In this document: piece after piece, positions 27,426 to 38,420 of the stretch
How the letters are laid out: every line of letters starts with the position of its first letter
Numbering within the stretch: position 1 is the stretch's first letter
Virus record (IMG/VR): IMGVR_UViG_3300028591_000071
Length of the DNA stretch: 64,000 nucleotides
Direction: 5' to 3' (one strand)
From: a virus
Lineage: Duplodnaviria; Caudoviricetes
The notes under the pieces: model-generated
Database searches by the model: none
What the model was told of the DNA's origin: nothing
Seen by the model: the letters and a program-made list of their open reading frames with translations, nothing else
Translations under genes and position numbers: made by a program

Positions 27426-29015
27426 TTAGTCTTTAACAACTTCATATACTTTCTTTCCTTCTTCAACGGATTCTACTACATGATAACCTTCTGCAACATA
27501 ACTTACAGGACCGCCAGGTTCGCCGTATGTAACTGCGGGGTTATACTCGTAAAATTTACCGCCGTAAACTTTGATTTTTGCTGTTCCAGCAGTATAATTT
27601 GCGTCGTAGCAATTTAACAAGAACTTAAGGTTTCCATTAGCGTCCCTTTCTGCGGTTTCCGCGTTAAGCAGTTTGAATGTTCCGCCATATACATTGATGG
27701 TTCCGAGTAACGAATAAAGCGTGTGGGTGTAACCGCGATATTCGCCTGACATGAGGTTAACGACGGCATTTTCTCCATTTGAGAAAATAAGATATGCTTC
27801 GTGATTGTTTTCAAATACGCCACCGCCAACGGAGTCCATGATTGTGATTTCTGAAGCGCCGCCCCTTATGTAATATGAGCCAAGGTTTGAACTTTCCGCC
27901 CTTGTGTCGCCGCACCTCCAAGTATGTCCGTTAAGGTCGATAATTTCCTTTCCGCTTGCAAGTACAGAGTATGCACGACCCTTTGTCAGTTCAATATCAG
28001 TATCGAGGATAATCTTACCATTTGCAGGTGATGATGACATAAGTTTTGAGTTACTGTCCTGTGTCACATGGTATTCAGGGTAAGTAATAACACAACCGTC
28101 AGGGACAACCAACTCATCGACGAAATCGTTGATGTCAGTTCCGTTTACGAAGATATTTCCTTTCTTAAGGATAAGTTTGTTGGCGTGGAATCCATTCTTT
28201 AACACAAGCGTGTTTTCGCTTACGGTCGCAGTAAGAACATCATATTTTCCACCCACTTCAACAGTTGCGTTTGGCGCGTAGATTTCAGGGCTTGCAGTAA
28301 CTGCGGTAACGCCATCGCTGAGCGTCAATTTTTCCTCTCCAAGATAAGTGATTCCGCAATCATCTCCCACGAAGTTAACAGAAACGCTTACAGGCTGATT
28401 CGTATCTTCAACTGATATGGTTCCGTGTACATTAGGGTATTGTGAACTTTCCACCGGCAACGACTTTCCGCTTAGGTAAATGTCATTATATTCCCCCTTT
28501 AGATAAACACTTCCGCCATTTGATACAACCGACACATTTGTAGGCTCTTCACTAGTGTTGTAAATCATCAAAGACTTTCCACTAGACTCATTGGTGAATG
28601 TCGCCCCGTTTTGAACCGCTCCGGAAATCGCGCCAGTGCGCTTTGCTCCTTCTGGAACCGTTATGTTGTTAACAGAATCTGTGCTTGTTGAATACCTTGT
28701 ACTTCCTGATTCAGCCGTCATTCCCGCAGCGATATCTTCAGCCGCCTGTTCTTGTTCCGCTGTATTTTCAGTTTCTTCGGGTTTTACTACTTCATGTTTT
28801 GTTTCACCGCTTTCGGACCCGCCTGACTTTTCAAACAAAGCATTGATGCTTATCACTTCAAGTGCATCAGCACCAAGGTGTGCACTTTTAAATAAATGAT
28901 TGGATTTGGCATCTCCGCCATCGCCGGTTGAATATCCTTCCATCGCCTTCGGTGCAAGACCGTCGAATACTATGCCTTCGATGAAGTCATATTTTTTCAT
29001 TTCATTGTTAGCCAT
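27426..29015 (-). CDS. Putative virion decoration/fibre protein with beta-strand-rich repeats
   Basis: IDLNGHT and IxVYGGxF repeats typical of beta-helix adhesins; upstream TATTTAT. Confidence 0.65.
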   Translation of the reverse strand: MANNEMKKYDFIEGIVFDGLAPKAMEGYSTGDGGDAKSNHLFKSAHLGADALEVISINALFEKSGGSESGETKHEVVKPEETENTAEQEQAAEDIAAGMTAESGSTRYSTSTDSVNNITVPEGAKRTGAISGAVQNGATFTNESSGKSLMIYNTSEEPTNVSVVSNGGSVYLKGEYNDIYLSGKSLPVESSQYPNVHGTISVEDTNQPVSVSVNFVGDDCGITYLGEEKLTLSDGVTAVTASPEIYAPNATVEVGGKYDVLTATVSENTLVLKNGFHANKLILKKGNIFVNGTDINDFVDELVVPDGCVITYPEYHVTQDSNSKLMSSSPANGKIILDTDIELTKGRAYSVLASGKEIIDLNGHTWRCGDTRAESSNLGSYYIRGGASEITIMDSVGGGVFENNHEAYLIFSNGENAVVNLMSGEYRGYTHTLYSLLGTINVYGGTFKLLNAETAERDANGNLKFLLNCYDANYTAGTAKIKVYGGKFYEYNPAVTYGEPGGPVSYVAEGYHVVESVEEGKKVYEVVKD

Positions 29016-29062
29016 AATGTTTTAAAGTTAGTGTTTTATACTAACCATAAATAGTCAGGAAA

Positions 29063-29785
29063 CTAGAAAGTTTTGAGCATGTGTCTCCTTAATATGTTCT
29101 GTGCTGTTCCCGAGTTCTTTTTTATGTCTCTCACCAATGCAATGTCCCTCGATGATGCCGCCGTCATCGCCGCATCACGTTCTTCATCACCCTTAAAGCC
29201 GCCCTTTGTTTTAGTAATCTTAGGATTTATATTCCTCGGGGCATCAAGCATGTGATACACAGTAACCCTTTCGGGCTCGATGCAGAGAATGTCCATCAAA
29301 TAATTCTGTGCCATTATATCTGCCCCCTGATAATCACCGACAATGAATTTTGCATTTGGATTTTCGTGGAGTGCAAAGTTTATAAGTGGTTCGTAATTGA
29401 ATTCGAATTCGTTTGCTGTTATATCCCTGTGGCCTGAAATAAAATAGGTATTTTCAACATCCAACGTGTCTTCTTCCGATTTATGCAGTTCTTCATAAAT
29501 CTTGTCAAGGTCCGCGTTACCTACCTTCTCATATTCATACTTTCCCTTTATCACCTTGTTCAGGGTCTTTCCCTGTGACGCATCAGTTCCGCCACCGACG
29601 AAGAGGACATAATCTTCAAATTTTACACCCGTATATTTGTATGTGGTTCCGTTGTTGAATGTTATGAACAGGTCGCCTTTGTTTTCGTTGTCGTATTCAA
29701 CCATCTCGGAGTATTTTATCATTGACGAATCATACCACACTTTTTGAGTTTTCGTTTTTTCTTCGTATATTTTTTTGAGTATCAT
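29063..29785 (-). CDS. KTSC domain plus SLOG (YspA-like) domain protein
   Basis: SSMI...LFITFNNG..YKY..V...SQGK; FISGHRD, VGDYQGAD, SGTAQNI. Confidence 0.7.
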   Translation of the reverse strand: MILKKIYEEKTKTQKVWYDSSMIKYSEMVEYDNENKGDLFITFNNGTTYKYTGVKFEDYVLFVGGGTDASQGKTLNKVIKGKYEYEKVGNADLDKIYEELHKSEEDTLDVENTYFISGHRDITANEFEFNYEPLINFALHENPNAKFIVGDYQGADIMAQNYLMDILCIEPERVTVYHMLDAPRNINPKITKTKGGFKGDEERDAAMTAASSRDIALVRDIKKNSGTAQNILRRHMLKTF

Positions 29786-29905
29786 GGTTTTTTATTTTAA
29801 TATAAGGTATATAGTTCGTCAAATCAATACGGCTGAACCCCCTTATTTGCTTTTTAATCCATTTTTGTGTATATTTGCAAAGACAAGAAATTTTATTTTT
29901 AGCAT

Positions 29906-32458
29906 ATGGCAGAAAACGAAAATGCAAAACCTGATGTACAGGTTCCAACACCGCAGATGTCGGATGAATTGATTAATCTTTTGGATTTCATAAAGAAGGA
30001 TTTATCAAAAGAATTACCAACCCTCACGATTGACTTGAATTATTTCCTCCTTGGAGTGTTGTCACACAAGGATAATGATTTGTATGTCCGTCTTGAGAGT
30101 TGCATCATGTCATCAACGCTGTCGGCGATGTACAACACATGGTATCAGGTGGTTTCGACAAAACAGATTTCAGCGGTTAAGCCGAACAGGGTTCCTTCAT
30201 TTGACCAAAAGATGACCGAAATCCTTATTGCCGCCGAAAAGGAGGCGATTGATATGGAGAGTGAATTTATTACTTCCGAACATGTTTTTCTCGCCATCCT
30301 CGCCGACCTCGATGATTCCAATAAAATAAGGAAGGTATTCAATAAAGCGGGCATCACATACGGTTATATGCGAGGAAAGATGTCAGAGGGGCGTCCAATG
30401 GAAGTCAAGGAAGTTGGAACTATTCAACTTCCAAACGGAGACAATGCACAGGTAAGGATGATTCGGGTTAAAGACCCTGAAGACATCAAGCGTGCGATTA
30501 AGAAAATGACCGGCCACGATATCATGGAGGACATGATGGGTAATTCGGAGATGGTGCCCGGCATGTCAAGGAAGAAAAAAGGGAAAAGCCAATATATTGA
30601 GGAGTATTGCACAAACCTCAATAAACTTGCATCCGAGGGAAAGATTGAAAAACTCGTTGGAAGAGAGCGCGAGGTAAATGAAATCATCCGCATTCTCGGA
30701 AGAAAGAAAAAGAACAACGCAATCCTCGTCGGAGGAGAAGGTGTTGGAAAAACCGCGATTGGAGAATCTATCGCGTGGAACATCGTCCATGGAGATGTGC
30801 CCGAGTTCCTTGTTGACAGGAAACTCGTATCTCTTGACATGACCGCTCTTATGGCGGGAACGACCCTTAGGGGCATGTTCGAAGAGCGAGTAAAGGGCAT
30901 TCTCGACGATATTCGTGCAGATAATTCATACATCCTGTTTATGGATAATATCGGAGCAATCCTCGCCGATAAGGGAAAGAACGATTTTGAGATTTCTGCG
31001 ATGCTCTCCCGCGCTTTGGAAAATGGCGAGATTCAGGTTATCGGAACATCTGATTTTGCCTCCTACAGGAAGACTTTTGACAAAGACCCGAGCCTTGCTC
31101 GCCGCTTTCAAAAAATTATAGTTGAAGCGCCGTCAAAGGAAGATTCCGTAAAGATACTTGAAGGTATTAAGCCTGCATACGAAAAGCATCACAATGTAAA
31201 ATATGATGATGCCGCAATCAAAGCGTGCGTTGAACTTGCTGACAGATACATTTCCGAAAGAAACCTTCCGGACTCGGCCATCGACCTTATCGATGAGGCT
31301 GGCGCCCACGAGAGTTTGATTAACGAGCCAGAAAAGTTAAGAGAACTCCGTATAAAGATGCTTGAAGAAAAAGAAGAGGAATCCGCGCCGCTCATCGAAG
31401 AGTATAACGAACTCAAGAAAGAGTTTGACGAGGATAGAAAGGAGAATCCAATTATCGTTACGAAAGAGAATATCCTTGACATCGTTTCGATGAAAACTGG
31501 TATTCCGGTCAACAATCTTACATCTGATGACAAGAAGAAGTTGTCAAATATCAATGACAGAATCAAAGAGGGTGTAATAGGACAGGACGAGGCTATCGAT
31601 ACCATTTGCAAAGCCCTCAAGAGAAACCGTATCGGATTGCACAAGAGCGGCTGTATGTACAGTTGTATAGAAATCGGAAAGACAGGTGTTGGGAAGACGC
31701 TTATTGCCAAGAAACTCGCCAAAGAATTGTTTGGCGACGAGAAGGCCCTTGTCCGTTTTGACATGTCTGAATATTCCGATAAGGTTTCGGTTAACAAACT
31801 CATTGGCTCGAATCCTGGATATGTCGGTTATGAAGAGGGCGGACAACTCACGGAAGCAATTAAGAACAAAAAGCATTGCGTGCTTCTCCTTGATGAAATT
31901 GAAAAGGCCGACCCCGAGGTGTATAACATCTTCCTTCAGGTTCTCGATGAAGGATTCCTTACTGACAACTCAGGCATGCATGTTGATTTCAGCAATGTGA
32001 TTGTCATTTTCACTTCCAATGTTGGCGCAAAGGCCGCAAGCGAATTTGGTCGTGGAATTGGATTTAACGAGAATGAGTCAGAGAACACGAAGAGGATATT
32101 GCTTAAGCAATTGAAGGGCAAATTCCCGCCCGAATTCCTGAACAGAATAGATGACATAATCTATTTCAACTCACTCACAGATGACAATCTTAAGGACATC
32201 ATCAAGATTGAACTCGACAAGTTGGAGAATAATGTAAATTCAATCGGCCACGACATTGAATATGATGACTGCGTTGTAGAATATATTCTTGAAATTGTCA
32301 AAAGCGAAAAAGAATTTGGTGCAAGACCGATTATGCGTGCGATACAGGATGAAATTGAAGATAAGATAACAGAAGCCATTCTCGACAACGACTACGAGGA
32401 TGGGCACAGATTCAAAATTTCTTGTTGTTCCGACGAAAGCAAAGTCGTTGTTGCTTAG
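29906..32458 (+). CDS. clpC: ClpC/ClpB-family AAA+ chaperone
   Basis: Clp N-domain, GGEGVGKT, AGTTLRGMFEER, LPDSAIDLIDEA, GKTGVGKT, LLDEIEKA, GARP. Confidence 0.9.
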   Translation: MAENENAKPDVQVPTPQMSDELINLLDFIKKDLSKELPTLTIDLNYFLLGVLSHKDNDLYVRLESCIMSSTLSAMYNTWYQVVSTKQISAVKPNRVPSFDQKMTEILIAAEKEAIDMESEFITSEHVFLAILADLDDSNKIRKVFNKAGITYGYMRGKMSEGRPMEVKEVGTIQLPNGDNAQVRMIRVKDPEDIKRAIKKMTGHDIMEDMMGNSEMVPGMSRKKKGKSQYIEEYCTNLNKLASEGKIEKLVGREREVNEIIRILGRKKKNNAILVGGEGVGKTAIGESIAWNIVHGDVPEFLVDRKLVSLDMTALMAGTTLRGMFEERVKGILDDIRADNSYILFMDNIGAILADKGKNDFEISAMLSRALENGEIQVIGTSDFASYRKTFDKDPSLARRFQKIIVEAPSKEDSVKILEGIKPAYEKHHNVKYDDAAIKACVELADRYISERNLPDSAIDLIDEAGAHESLINEPEKLRELRIKMLEEKEEESAPLIEEYNELKKEFDEDRKENPIIVTKENILDIVSMKTGIPVNNLTSDDKKKLSNINDRIKEGVIGQDEAIDTICKALKRNRIGLHKSGCMYSCIEIGKTGVGKTLIAKKLAKELFGDEKALVRFDMSEYSDKVSVNKLIGSNPGYVGYEEGGQLTEAIKNKKHCVLLLDEIEKADPEVYNIFLQVLDEGFLTDNSGMHVDFSNVIVIFTSNVGAKAASEFGRGIGFNENESENTKRILLKQLKGKFPPEFLNRIDDIIYFNSLTDDNLKDIIKIELDKLENNVNSIGHDIEYDDCVVEYILEIVKSEKEFGARPIMRAIQDEIEDKITEAILDNDYEDGHRFKISCCSDESKVVVA

Positions 32459-32532
32459 TCTTAATCCCACAGGTTTCTGTGGGATTTTCTTTATTTAACG
32501 GCTATTTATTTAAGAATATAGTATGCAATTAT

Positions 32533-34125
32533 ATGAAAAAAATTATATTGAGCGAATCACAGTCAAAAATGCTTGCATCAATTCTTAAAGAAGAAGAGAG
32601 ACAAGTGCAAAACATGCCTGTTGATAAGAAGATGAATAAACCATATTGTATAAACCCCGATAAAGTCCTTGCCGTAAAGAAGTACCTTGACAACGGATTT
32701 ACAGCACACGATTTTGAAAGGGTCGGGGCTAATGGTTATCCGGAGAAGATTAAAATCATCACGATGAATGCTTCAAACGGACAGCCACTAAAGCCAATGT
32801 ACAAAGACCAGTTAAAAGACCTCCTCATAGATAAGTTCCAAAAGATGTTCTTGGATAAGGTTGAAAGGGAGATGTTCATCACGCAGGTCTTGAATGACTG
32901 GCTCAACGGCTCCATAGGTGTTCATGGAACGCTTACTACAAATCTATTGAAAGAAACTACGGTGTCTTCTGATATGGTTGATGAGCGTGCCTCTGAAACA
33001 AATACGGAGCCAACAGAAAAGCAAAAAGAAGCCGGAAACTATAAGATGGGGCACATCTCAATTAAGGGAATGCATATTTCAATAGAAAATCCAAAGGGGT
33101 CGCTCAGGAAGGGGAAGGACCGCAACGGAAAAGAGTGGGAAGTAAAGATGAAAAATCATTACGGATATTTCACCAACACGACCGGAAACGGAAAGGATGG
33201 TGACGCTGTGGATGTGTTCATCGGACCTCATACAGAGGATTTCGACAAGATTTATGTCGTTGACCAAAAAGTTGATGGTGAATTTGATGAGAGCAAGGTC
33301 ATGCTCGGATTCTATGACAAGGATGAGGCAAAGAGGGCTTATTTATCAAATTATTCACCTGGATGGAATGGATTTTGGAAGATAACAGCTGTTTCAATAA
33401 AGACCTTCAAGAGGTGGCTCTATCGCGGAAACAAACAAAGAAAACCGTTCTTCGATTATGTTACGATAAAGAAACAGAAACTTAACGAAGCAAGGCTCAA
33501 TGAAGAAGAATATAATGAAATAAGATTCATTGGAAGAGCGTTTGATGAGAAGGGGGCGCAAGAAATTGCTGAAGAGTTAAATGCAAAAGGAATAGAAACA
33601 TATGTAAGAGGAACTTCGGTCTATATCATTGTAGAACAGGACAGAATGTACCCTTCATATGTCGATGAGATTGAATCCCTCGCAAAGAGAACCATGGGCG
33701 AATACATGCAGACCCACTCAATTACCGCAGACGAGCCTGAATTTGCGACTGCATTGTCAGAGGATATTTCTCCTTTGGACATGTACAAAAACCTCAAGAC
33801 AAATAATCCAGGAATATCAAGAACCGAAGAGCCACCATTTGACTCATGGAAAAGAGTGAAGAGAAAGGACGGAAAAATGAACTTGAAGAACATAGATACC
33901 GATGAAGTTCTTTCAGATATTTGGTTTGATTGGATTGGTTATCTAATAAATGGTTATGCAATAGTTGGAATTGATGATAAGGGATACAACCTTATTGACA
34001 AAGACGGCAACATCATTTTACCGGAATGGCACGAAGATATATACGAACCGCTTGGCAACGAAGACAGTTATGTTATAGTTGATGGAAAAGAAAGGTCGTT
34101 GTTCAATCCGACATCTGAAAAATAA
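32533..34125 (+). CDS. Tagged protein with polyvalent-type InPase domain and WG-like repeat
   Basis: PTEKQKEAGNYKMGH, IENPKGSLR, YGYF, DGDAVDVFIG, FDESKVMLGF; start 32533 after TATTTAT. Confidence 0.8.
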   Translation: MKKIILSESQSKMLASILKEEERQVQNMPVDKKMNKPYCINPDKVLAVKKYLDNGFTAHDFERVGANGYPEKIKIITMNASNGQPLKPMYKDQLKDLLIDKFQKMFLDKVEREMFITQVLNDWLNGSIGVHGTLTTNLLKETTVSSDMVDERASETNTEPTEKQKEAGNYKMGHISIKGMHISIENPKGSLRKGKDRNGKEWEVKMKNHYGYFTNTTGNGKDGDAVDVFIGPHTEDFDKIYVVDQKVDGEFDESKVMLGFYDKDEAKRAYLSNYSPGWNGFWKITAVSIKTFKRWLYRGNKQRKPFFDYVTIKKQKLNEARLNEEEYNEIRFIGRAFDEKGAQEIAEELNAKGIETYVRGTSVYIIVEQDRMYPSYVDEIESLAKRTMGEYMQTHSITADEPEFATALSEDISPLDMYKNLKTNNPGISRTEEPPFDSWKRVKRKDGKMNLKNIDTDEVLSDIWFDWIGYLINGYAIVGIDDKGYNLIDKDGNIILPEWHEDIYEPLGNEDSYVIVDGKERSLFNPTSEK

Positions 34126-34138
34126 AAAAGGGCAGGTT

Positions 34139-34855
34139 TCAACCTGCCTTTATTTGTTTAAGATTGCTTCCGTAGAAGTCCGTTGGACTCGTTCCGCAAT
34201 ATTCGGCCATCCTCGTTATTGCATCCAAATAAGACATTCCGCCCCACCCGAATAGCGTTGATGGGTCTGATTTTACATGTTCAAGTTTTGGGCAGTCCAC
34301 TTCATAGAATGCAACGCTCGAAACCCCGTCTATCTTTTTTGCTGCGGAATTGAATTGCTGAATGTTTCCTTTCTCACATTTACAAATCCACCATTTATAG
34401 TCAGTTCCTTCTGGCTTCTTTATTATGCATAATATAGCGGCGTCGTACTGTTGGTTCTTGCCTTCGGTATCCGTGTCCGTCCTTATTGTTTCAGATGAAA
34501 TTTTCCACCCGTCGGCGTTTATTCTCTGAGCGATGCTCATGAATTCCTTTCCGTGTTTGTTTTGCGGACATATCCCCATTACGAGATAAACATATTCATG
34601 ACACATTTCGTGCAGAAGAGTACTTATGACGGCATTTTCGTCCCTTGAATAACGGTTTGTAAGCGTTATCTTTCCGGTTCCATTGACTTTCGTAATCTTA
34701 AGTGTTTTAAGATTATACCTTGCATCAAGGTCATATACGCCCCATAGCCCGCTAAGTCCCTCAACTGCAAATTGCGGGGTAGGCAACTGCCCGCCAAAAT
34801 ACTTCTGATTGTATTCGGCGAACTTCTGCCTCATCCATGGAACTGTTGGAATCAT
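34139..34855 (-). CDS. SprT-like zinc metalloprotease
   Basis: YNQKYFGG, TLLHEMCHEY, HGKEF. Confidence 0.85.
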   Translation of the reverse strand: MIPTVPWMRQKFAEYNQKYFGGQLPTPQFAVEGLSGLWGVYDLDARYNLKTLKITKVNGTGKITLTNRYSRDENAVISTLLHEMCHEYVYLVMGICPQNKHGKEFMSIAQRINADGWKISSETIRTDTDTEGKNQQYDAAILCIIKKPEGTDYKWWICKCEKGNIQQFNSAAKKIDGVSSVAFYEVDCPKLEHVKSDPSTLFGWGGMSYLDAITRMAEYCGTSPTDFYGSNLKQIKAG

Positions 34856-35214
34856 TACTTGCTAACCTTAATGAAACAACCGGTTTGACCATTGTATTCT
34901 TCCATACCTTCCGCCCTTGTTCTTACGCCCTTATCTTGATAATAGATGTTGAGGTCTTCAACAAGTTCCTCGAAAGGAAGTGATTCATCAAATGCAAACA
35001 CTGCATCATTACTCTTATAGCACCTGAGTACCAAGAAATTAGGGCCCTTATCGGCTGTGACTGCTTTCCATCCGTTACCTTTTATAACATCAGACGCTTT
35101 CTGTGGTTTTCCTTCCGGTCTTGTCCTTCTGAAAAGGCCCTCACTTAGCATCTTTTTTGTTGCGTTATAAACTATAGCGGCAATCTCGTTTTCGTTCAAC
35201 TTAAGTTTGTTCAT
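34855..35214 (-). CDS. Tagged hypothetical protein
   Basis: LKLNENEIAAIVYNATKKMLSE; upstream TATTTAT at 35236-35242. Confidence 0.7.
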   Translation of the reverse strand: MNKLKLNENEIAAIVYNATKKMLSEGLFRRTRPEGKPQKASDVIKGNGWKAVTADKGPNFLVLRCYKSNDAVFAFDESLPFEELVEDLNIYYQDKGVRTRAEGMEEYNGQTGCFIKVSK

Positions 35215-35410
35215 ATTAAAATGCATTTTATATCTATAAATAGAATGTATATTACTAAAAAAGCGGGATTTCTCCCGCCAAAACCTTACACAAGCGGAAG
35301 AGGCCCTGTCTCTCTAAAATATGCCGTCCAATCCGAAGGTGGTTTGACGATAATTATCTTGTTTCTTTGGAAAATACTACAAAAAAGCGTATATTAGACA
35401 AAAAATTAGT

Positions 35411-36991
35411 ATGATTTTTAGCAAAGAACAGGAAGACATATTCGAATACGCGCAAAAGGGGCCGTTCAACATGGTTATTCAAGCGGTCGCAGGTGCGGGA
35501 AAAACAACGACGCTCATTGAATGCGCAAACAGGATTGACAGCGACAAGCGGATACTGATGCTCGCCCATAACAGGTCTACAAGGGACACGCTAAAGGAGC
35601 GGATAGGGAACAAGCCGAATGTGAGGATTTTTACTCTTCACGGGCTTGCGTATAGGATGTTTTCCGAGCATTTCGAAAAGGAGCCGAAAATCAACGAGGA
35701 AAAATATAGGGAATACATAAACAAAAATCTGTCTGACATAGCCGGATTCAAATTTGAATCTTTATCACATCAGAAAAAGATGATGTATAAAGCAAATGTG
35801 TTTGATATGTTGGACAAGGCGAGGTATAACCTAAAACAATCAGAAAAGGAAATTAAGAAACTCGCAGAAAAGAAATACGGATACACACTCGTTGCAAACG
35901 AGGCCGAAACGGTTTCTAAAATCCTTAAATGGGGCGCGGAAAATTTGGATGTTGTAGATTTCCAAGACCTGCTTTGGCTACCGTCGCAAATTGGCTACTA
36001 CACGAAAAAATATGTGGCTGATGTGATAATGCTCGACGAGGCACAGGATGCGTCACTTGCTCAACAAGATATCGTAAAACGGTGTTTTATGAGGCAGACA
36101 AGGTTAATGGCGTTCGGAGACAGAGACCAAACAATAAACAATTGGTGTGGCTCAGATATTGAATCATTTGAACATCTGCACGACAGTAATGAATTCCGCC
36201 GTCCTGCGGTTGATTTCCCGCTTACAACGAATTACAGGTGCGGAAAGAACATAATAGAATACGCGAAACAATTTACCGACAATCCGATAAAGGCAAAAGA
36301 CGATGCAGAAGACGGCATAGTGCGGCACGAAGCGAGCCTTAACGATGTTGCAAACGGAGACATGATTCTTTGTAGGAATGTTGCGCCATTGATGGCTGTT
36401 TATAGGATTGGCATTTCATTGGGAAAGAAAATGTATTTCCGTGGCGAATCGCTCGGAAAGAATCTCATAGAACAGGTGGATTGTGCGACGGGCGACAAGA
36501 TAGAAGATATTATAAAGAGTCTAAAACGAAGGTTGATTGCCACATGGGAATTTCTTACCATCAACAGCGACCTTGGAGAAAAAGAGACGATGACCGACCC
36601 GAGGGTGGTATCGCTTCTTGACACGATACAAACGCTTGAAAACCTACCGAGAACGGTTGAAACAAGGCATGACCTTGAGAAATTTTCAAGAGATGTATTT
36701 TTGGAGGAAGGGAAAGAAGGTATAGAACTGTCAACCATCCACAGGGCAAAAGGACTTGAGGCAGACAATGTGTTTATTATTTGTCCGTCACTTATACCAT
36801 CAAGACTTGCAACGCTTGACTGGCAGCAGAAAGAAGAACGCCACCTCCAATATGTAATGTGTACGAGGCCGAAGCATAGTCTTAATTTTATTACAGAAAA
36901 AGAAGTTCGTCCATACAGTGCTTTTTCCGATAGCATTGCATTGTATTCGGAATTGAAAAAAATAAAGGAAGAAGTAATAGAAGAACGATAA
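35411..36991 (+). CDS. UvrD/Rep-like SF1 helicase
   Basis: AVAGAGKTT, LDEAQD, FGDRDQTI, LTTNYRC, STIHRAKGLE, YVMCTR. Confidence 0.9.
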   Translation: MIFSKEQEDIFEYAQKGPFNMVIQAVAGAGKTTTLIECANRIDSDKRILMLAHNRSTRDTLKERIGNKPNVRIFTLHGLAYRMFSEHFEKEPKINEEKYREYINKNLSDIAGFKFESLSHQKKMMYKANVFDMLDKARYNLKQSEKEIKKLAEKKYGYTLVANEAETVSKILKWGAENLDVVDFQDLLWLPSQIGYYTKKYVADVIMLDEAQDASLAQQDIVKRCFMRQTRLMAFGDRDQTINNWCGSDIESFEHLHDSNEFRRPAVDFPLTTNYRCGKNIIEYAKQFTDNPIKAKDDAEDGIVRHEASLNDVANGDMILCRNVAPLMAVYRIGISLGKKMYFRGESLGKNLIEQVDCATGDKIEDIIKSLKRRLIATWEFLTINSDLGEKETMTDPRVVSLLDTIQTLENLPRTVETRHDLEKFSRDVFLEEGKEGIELSTIHRAKGLEADNVFIICPSLIPSRLATLDWQQKEERHLQYVMCTRPKHSLNFITEKEVRPYSAFSDSIALYSELKKIKEEVIEER

Positions 36992-36992
36992 T

Positions 36993-37247
36993 ATGGGCTC
37001 AATAAGAAGACACAAGAAACACGAATCCGACTACGATTCATATCAGGCATGGCCGATAGTTGATGAGGAACATGACCGCCTTAAATTTGGTGACATTCCG
37101 TTTGCTTCAACACGGTCATCCATTGGCCGCTCGTGGGACAATAACTCTGTGCTACAGATAAAAGTCAAACAGGACTTCAAAGAAGATGAATATCCGCAAA
37201 TGCAATATTCTGAAGCTTTTACATTCCATTTTATTTCGATGATATGA
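36993..37247 (+). CDS. Hypothetical protein
   Basis: 84-aa ORF immediately after the helicase. Confidence 0.55.
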   Translation: MGSIRRHKKHESDYDSYQAWPIVDEEHDRLKFGDIPFASTRSSIGRSWDNNSVLQIKVKQDFKEDEYPQMQYSEAFTFHFISMI

Positions 37248-37294
37248 TTTTTGTTTTTTGAAGATTTTTTTGTATATATTAGTTAATAGAAATT

Positions 37295-38419
37295 ATGGTT
37301 ATAAACAAATTCAAGAAAACTGGGAATGTAAATCTCCCATTTACAGAATCAGGCTACTACGGCGATGTCGATGGACTTTCGCTGCAGAACATGTTCTATG
37401 CAAGAAACGGCGTTTTTCCAAGTTGTTTTTTGTTTGATTACGAAACAAGGACAAACGGAGATTTCACCTTTGACACGCACAAGATGTCAAAATACCTCAT
37501 AGAGAACATAGACCCCGAAGAGAATGTGGAAATATCCACTTATTATACAAAGATTCTTGGGAGTCCAGAAGACAAACTCGAACTTGGGTTCTGTATTATT
37601 CTCAACAAGAGTAAGATTTATGCCCGTTTTGAGAAAAGGGTTACCGAATCGTATATCCTTTATACAAACGACCATGCGGACGAATTTGAGAAGTTCCTTG
37701 AAATGGTGCTTCAGTTCTATGTCGCTCCAACGGGCGAGGAAAACACATATTGGAGAATCTGTTCTGCGCAGGGAGGATACTACCTTGAAAAGGGTAACAC
37801 AAAGTGCCCTCCGAATTTCGATGTTGCAAAATTATACAACGACTCATTTGCTGCGGAAGATGAAAAGATTCAAAAATTCATCGAGGAAAAGGAGAACAGC
37901 GGCCTTGTAATCCTTCACGGAGAAAAGGGAACGGGTAAGAGTTCATATATCAAACACCTTATCAACAAACACCCTGACAAGAAATTCGTTTTTGTTCCCG
38001 CCGCCATGATTAGGCTTCTTGGGGATACCTCTTTCGGGTCGTTCCTTTCAACCCTCAACGAGCATGTAATTATCCTTGAGGATTGCGAGGGTGCAATCAG
38101 GGACAGGAAGAATCAAATGTTCGGGGATACCGCAGCCGTATCACTCCTTCTTAACATGACGGACGGAATTCTCGCAGATGACCTTAACATGAAGTTCATC
38201 TGTACCTTCAACGAGGACATGAACAACATTGATTCGGCTCTCTTGAGAAAGGGAAGATGCGTGTCAAAGTATGAATTTGAGCCGCTTTGTGCTGAAAAGG
38301 CGCAGAAACTACTCAGCGAGCGAGGAATTGATGCACTCGTAACAAAACCGCTTACGCTTTCAGACATCTTCCATTATGAAGATGATGATTACCAAATAAA
38401 GAAGAAATCAATAATCTAA
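37295..38419 (+). CDS. AAA+ ATPase
   Basis: [31 protein letters not shown]. Confidence 0.85.
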   Translation: MVINKFKKTGNVNLPFTESGYYGDVDGLSLQNMFYARNGVFPSCFLFDYETRTNGDFTFDTHKMSKYLIENIDPEENVEISTYYTKILGSPEDKLELGFCIILNKSKIYARFEKRVTESYILYTNDHADEFEKFLEMVLQFYVAPTGEENTYWRICSAQGGYYLEKGNTKCPPNFDVAKLYNDSFAAEDEKIQKFIEEKENSGLVILHGEKGTGKSSYIKHLINKHPDKKFVFVPAAMIRLLGDTSFGSFLSTLNEHVIILEDCEGAIRDRKNQMFGDTAAVSLLLNMTDGILADDLNMKFICTFNEDMNNIDSALLRKGRCVSKYEFEPLCAEKAQKLLSERGIDALVTKPLTLSDIFHYEDDDYQIKKKSII

Positions 38420-38420
38420 T

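Noticed and set aside
14982-32458. Many antisense and alternate-frame ORFs of 60-200 aa in the ORF track
   Set aside because: They are shadows of well-supported genes, with Ser/Phe-rich composition and no promoter context
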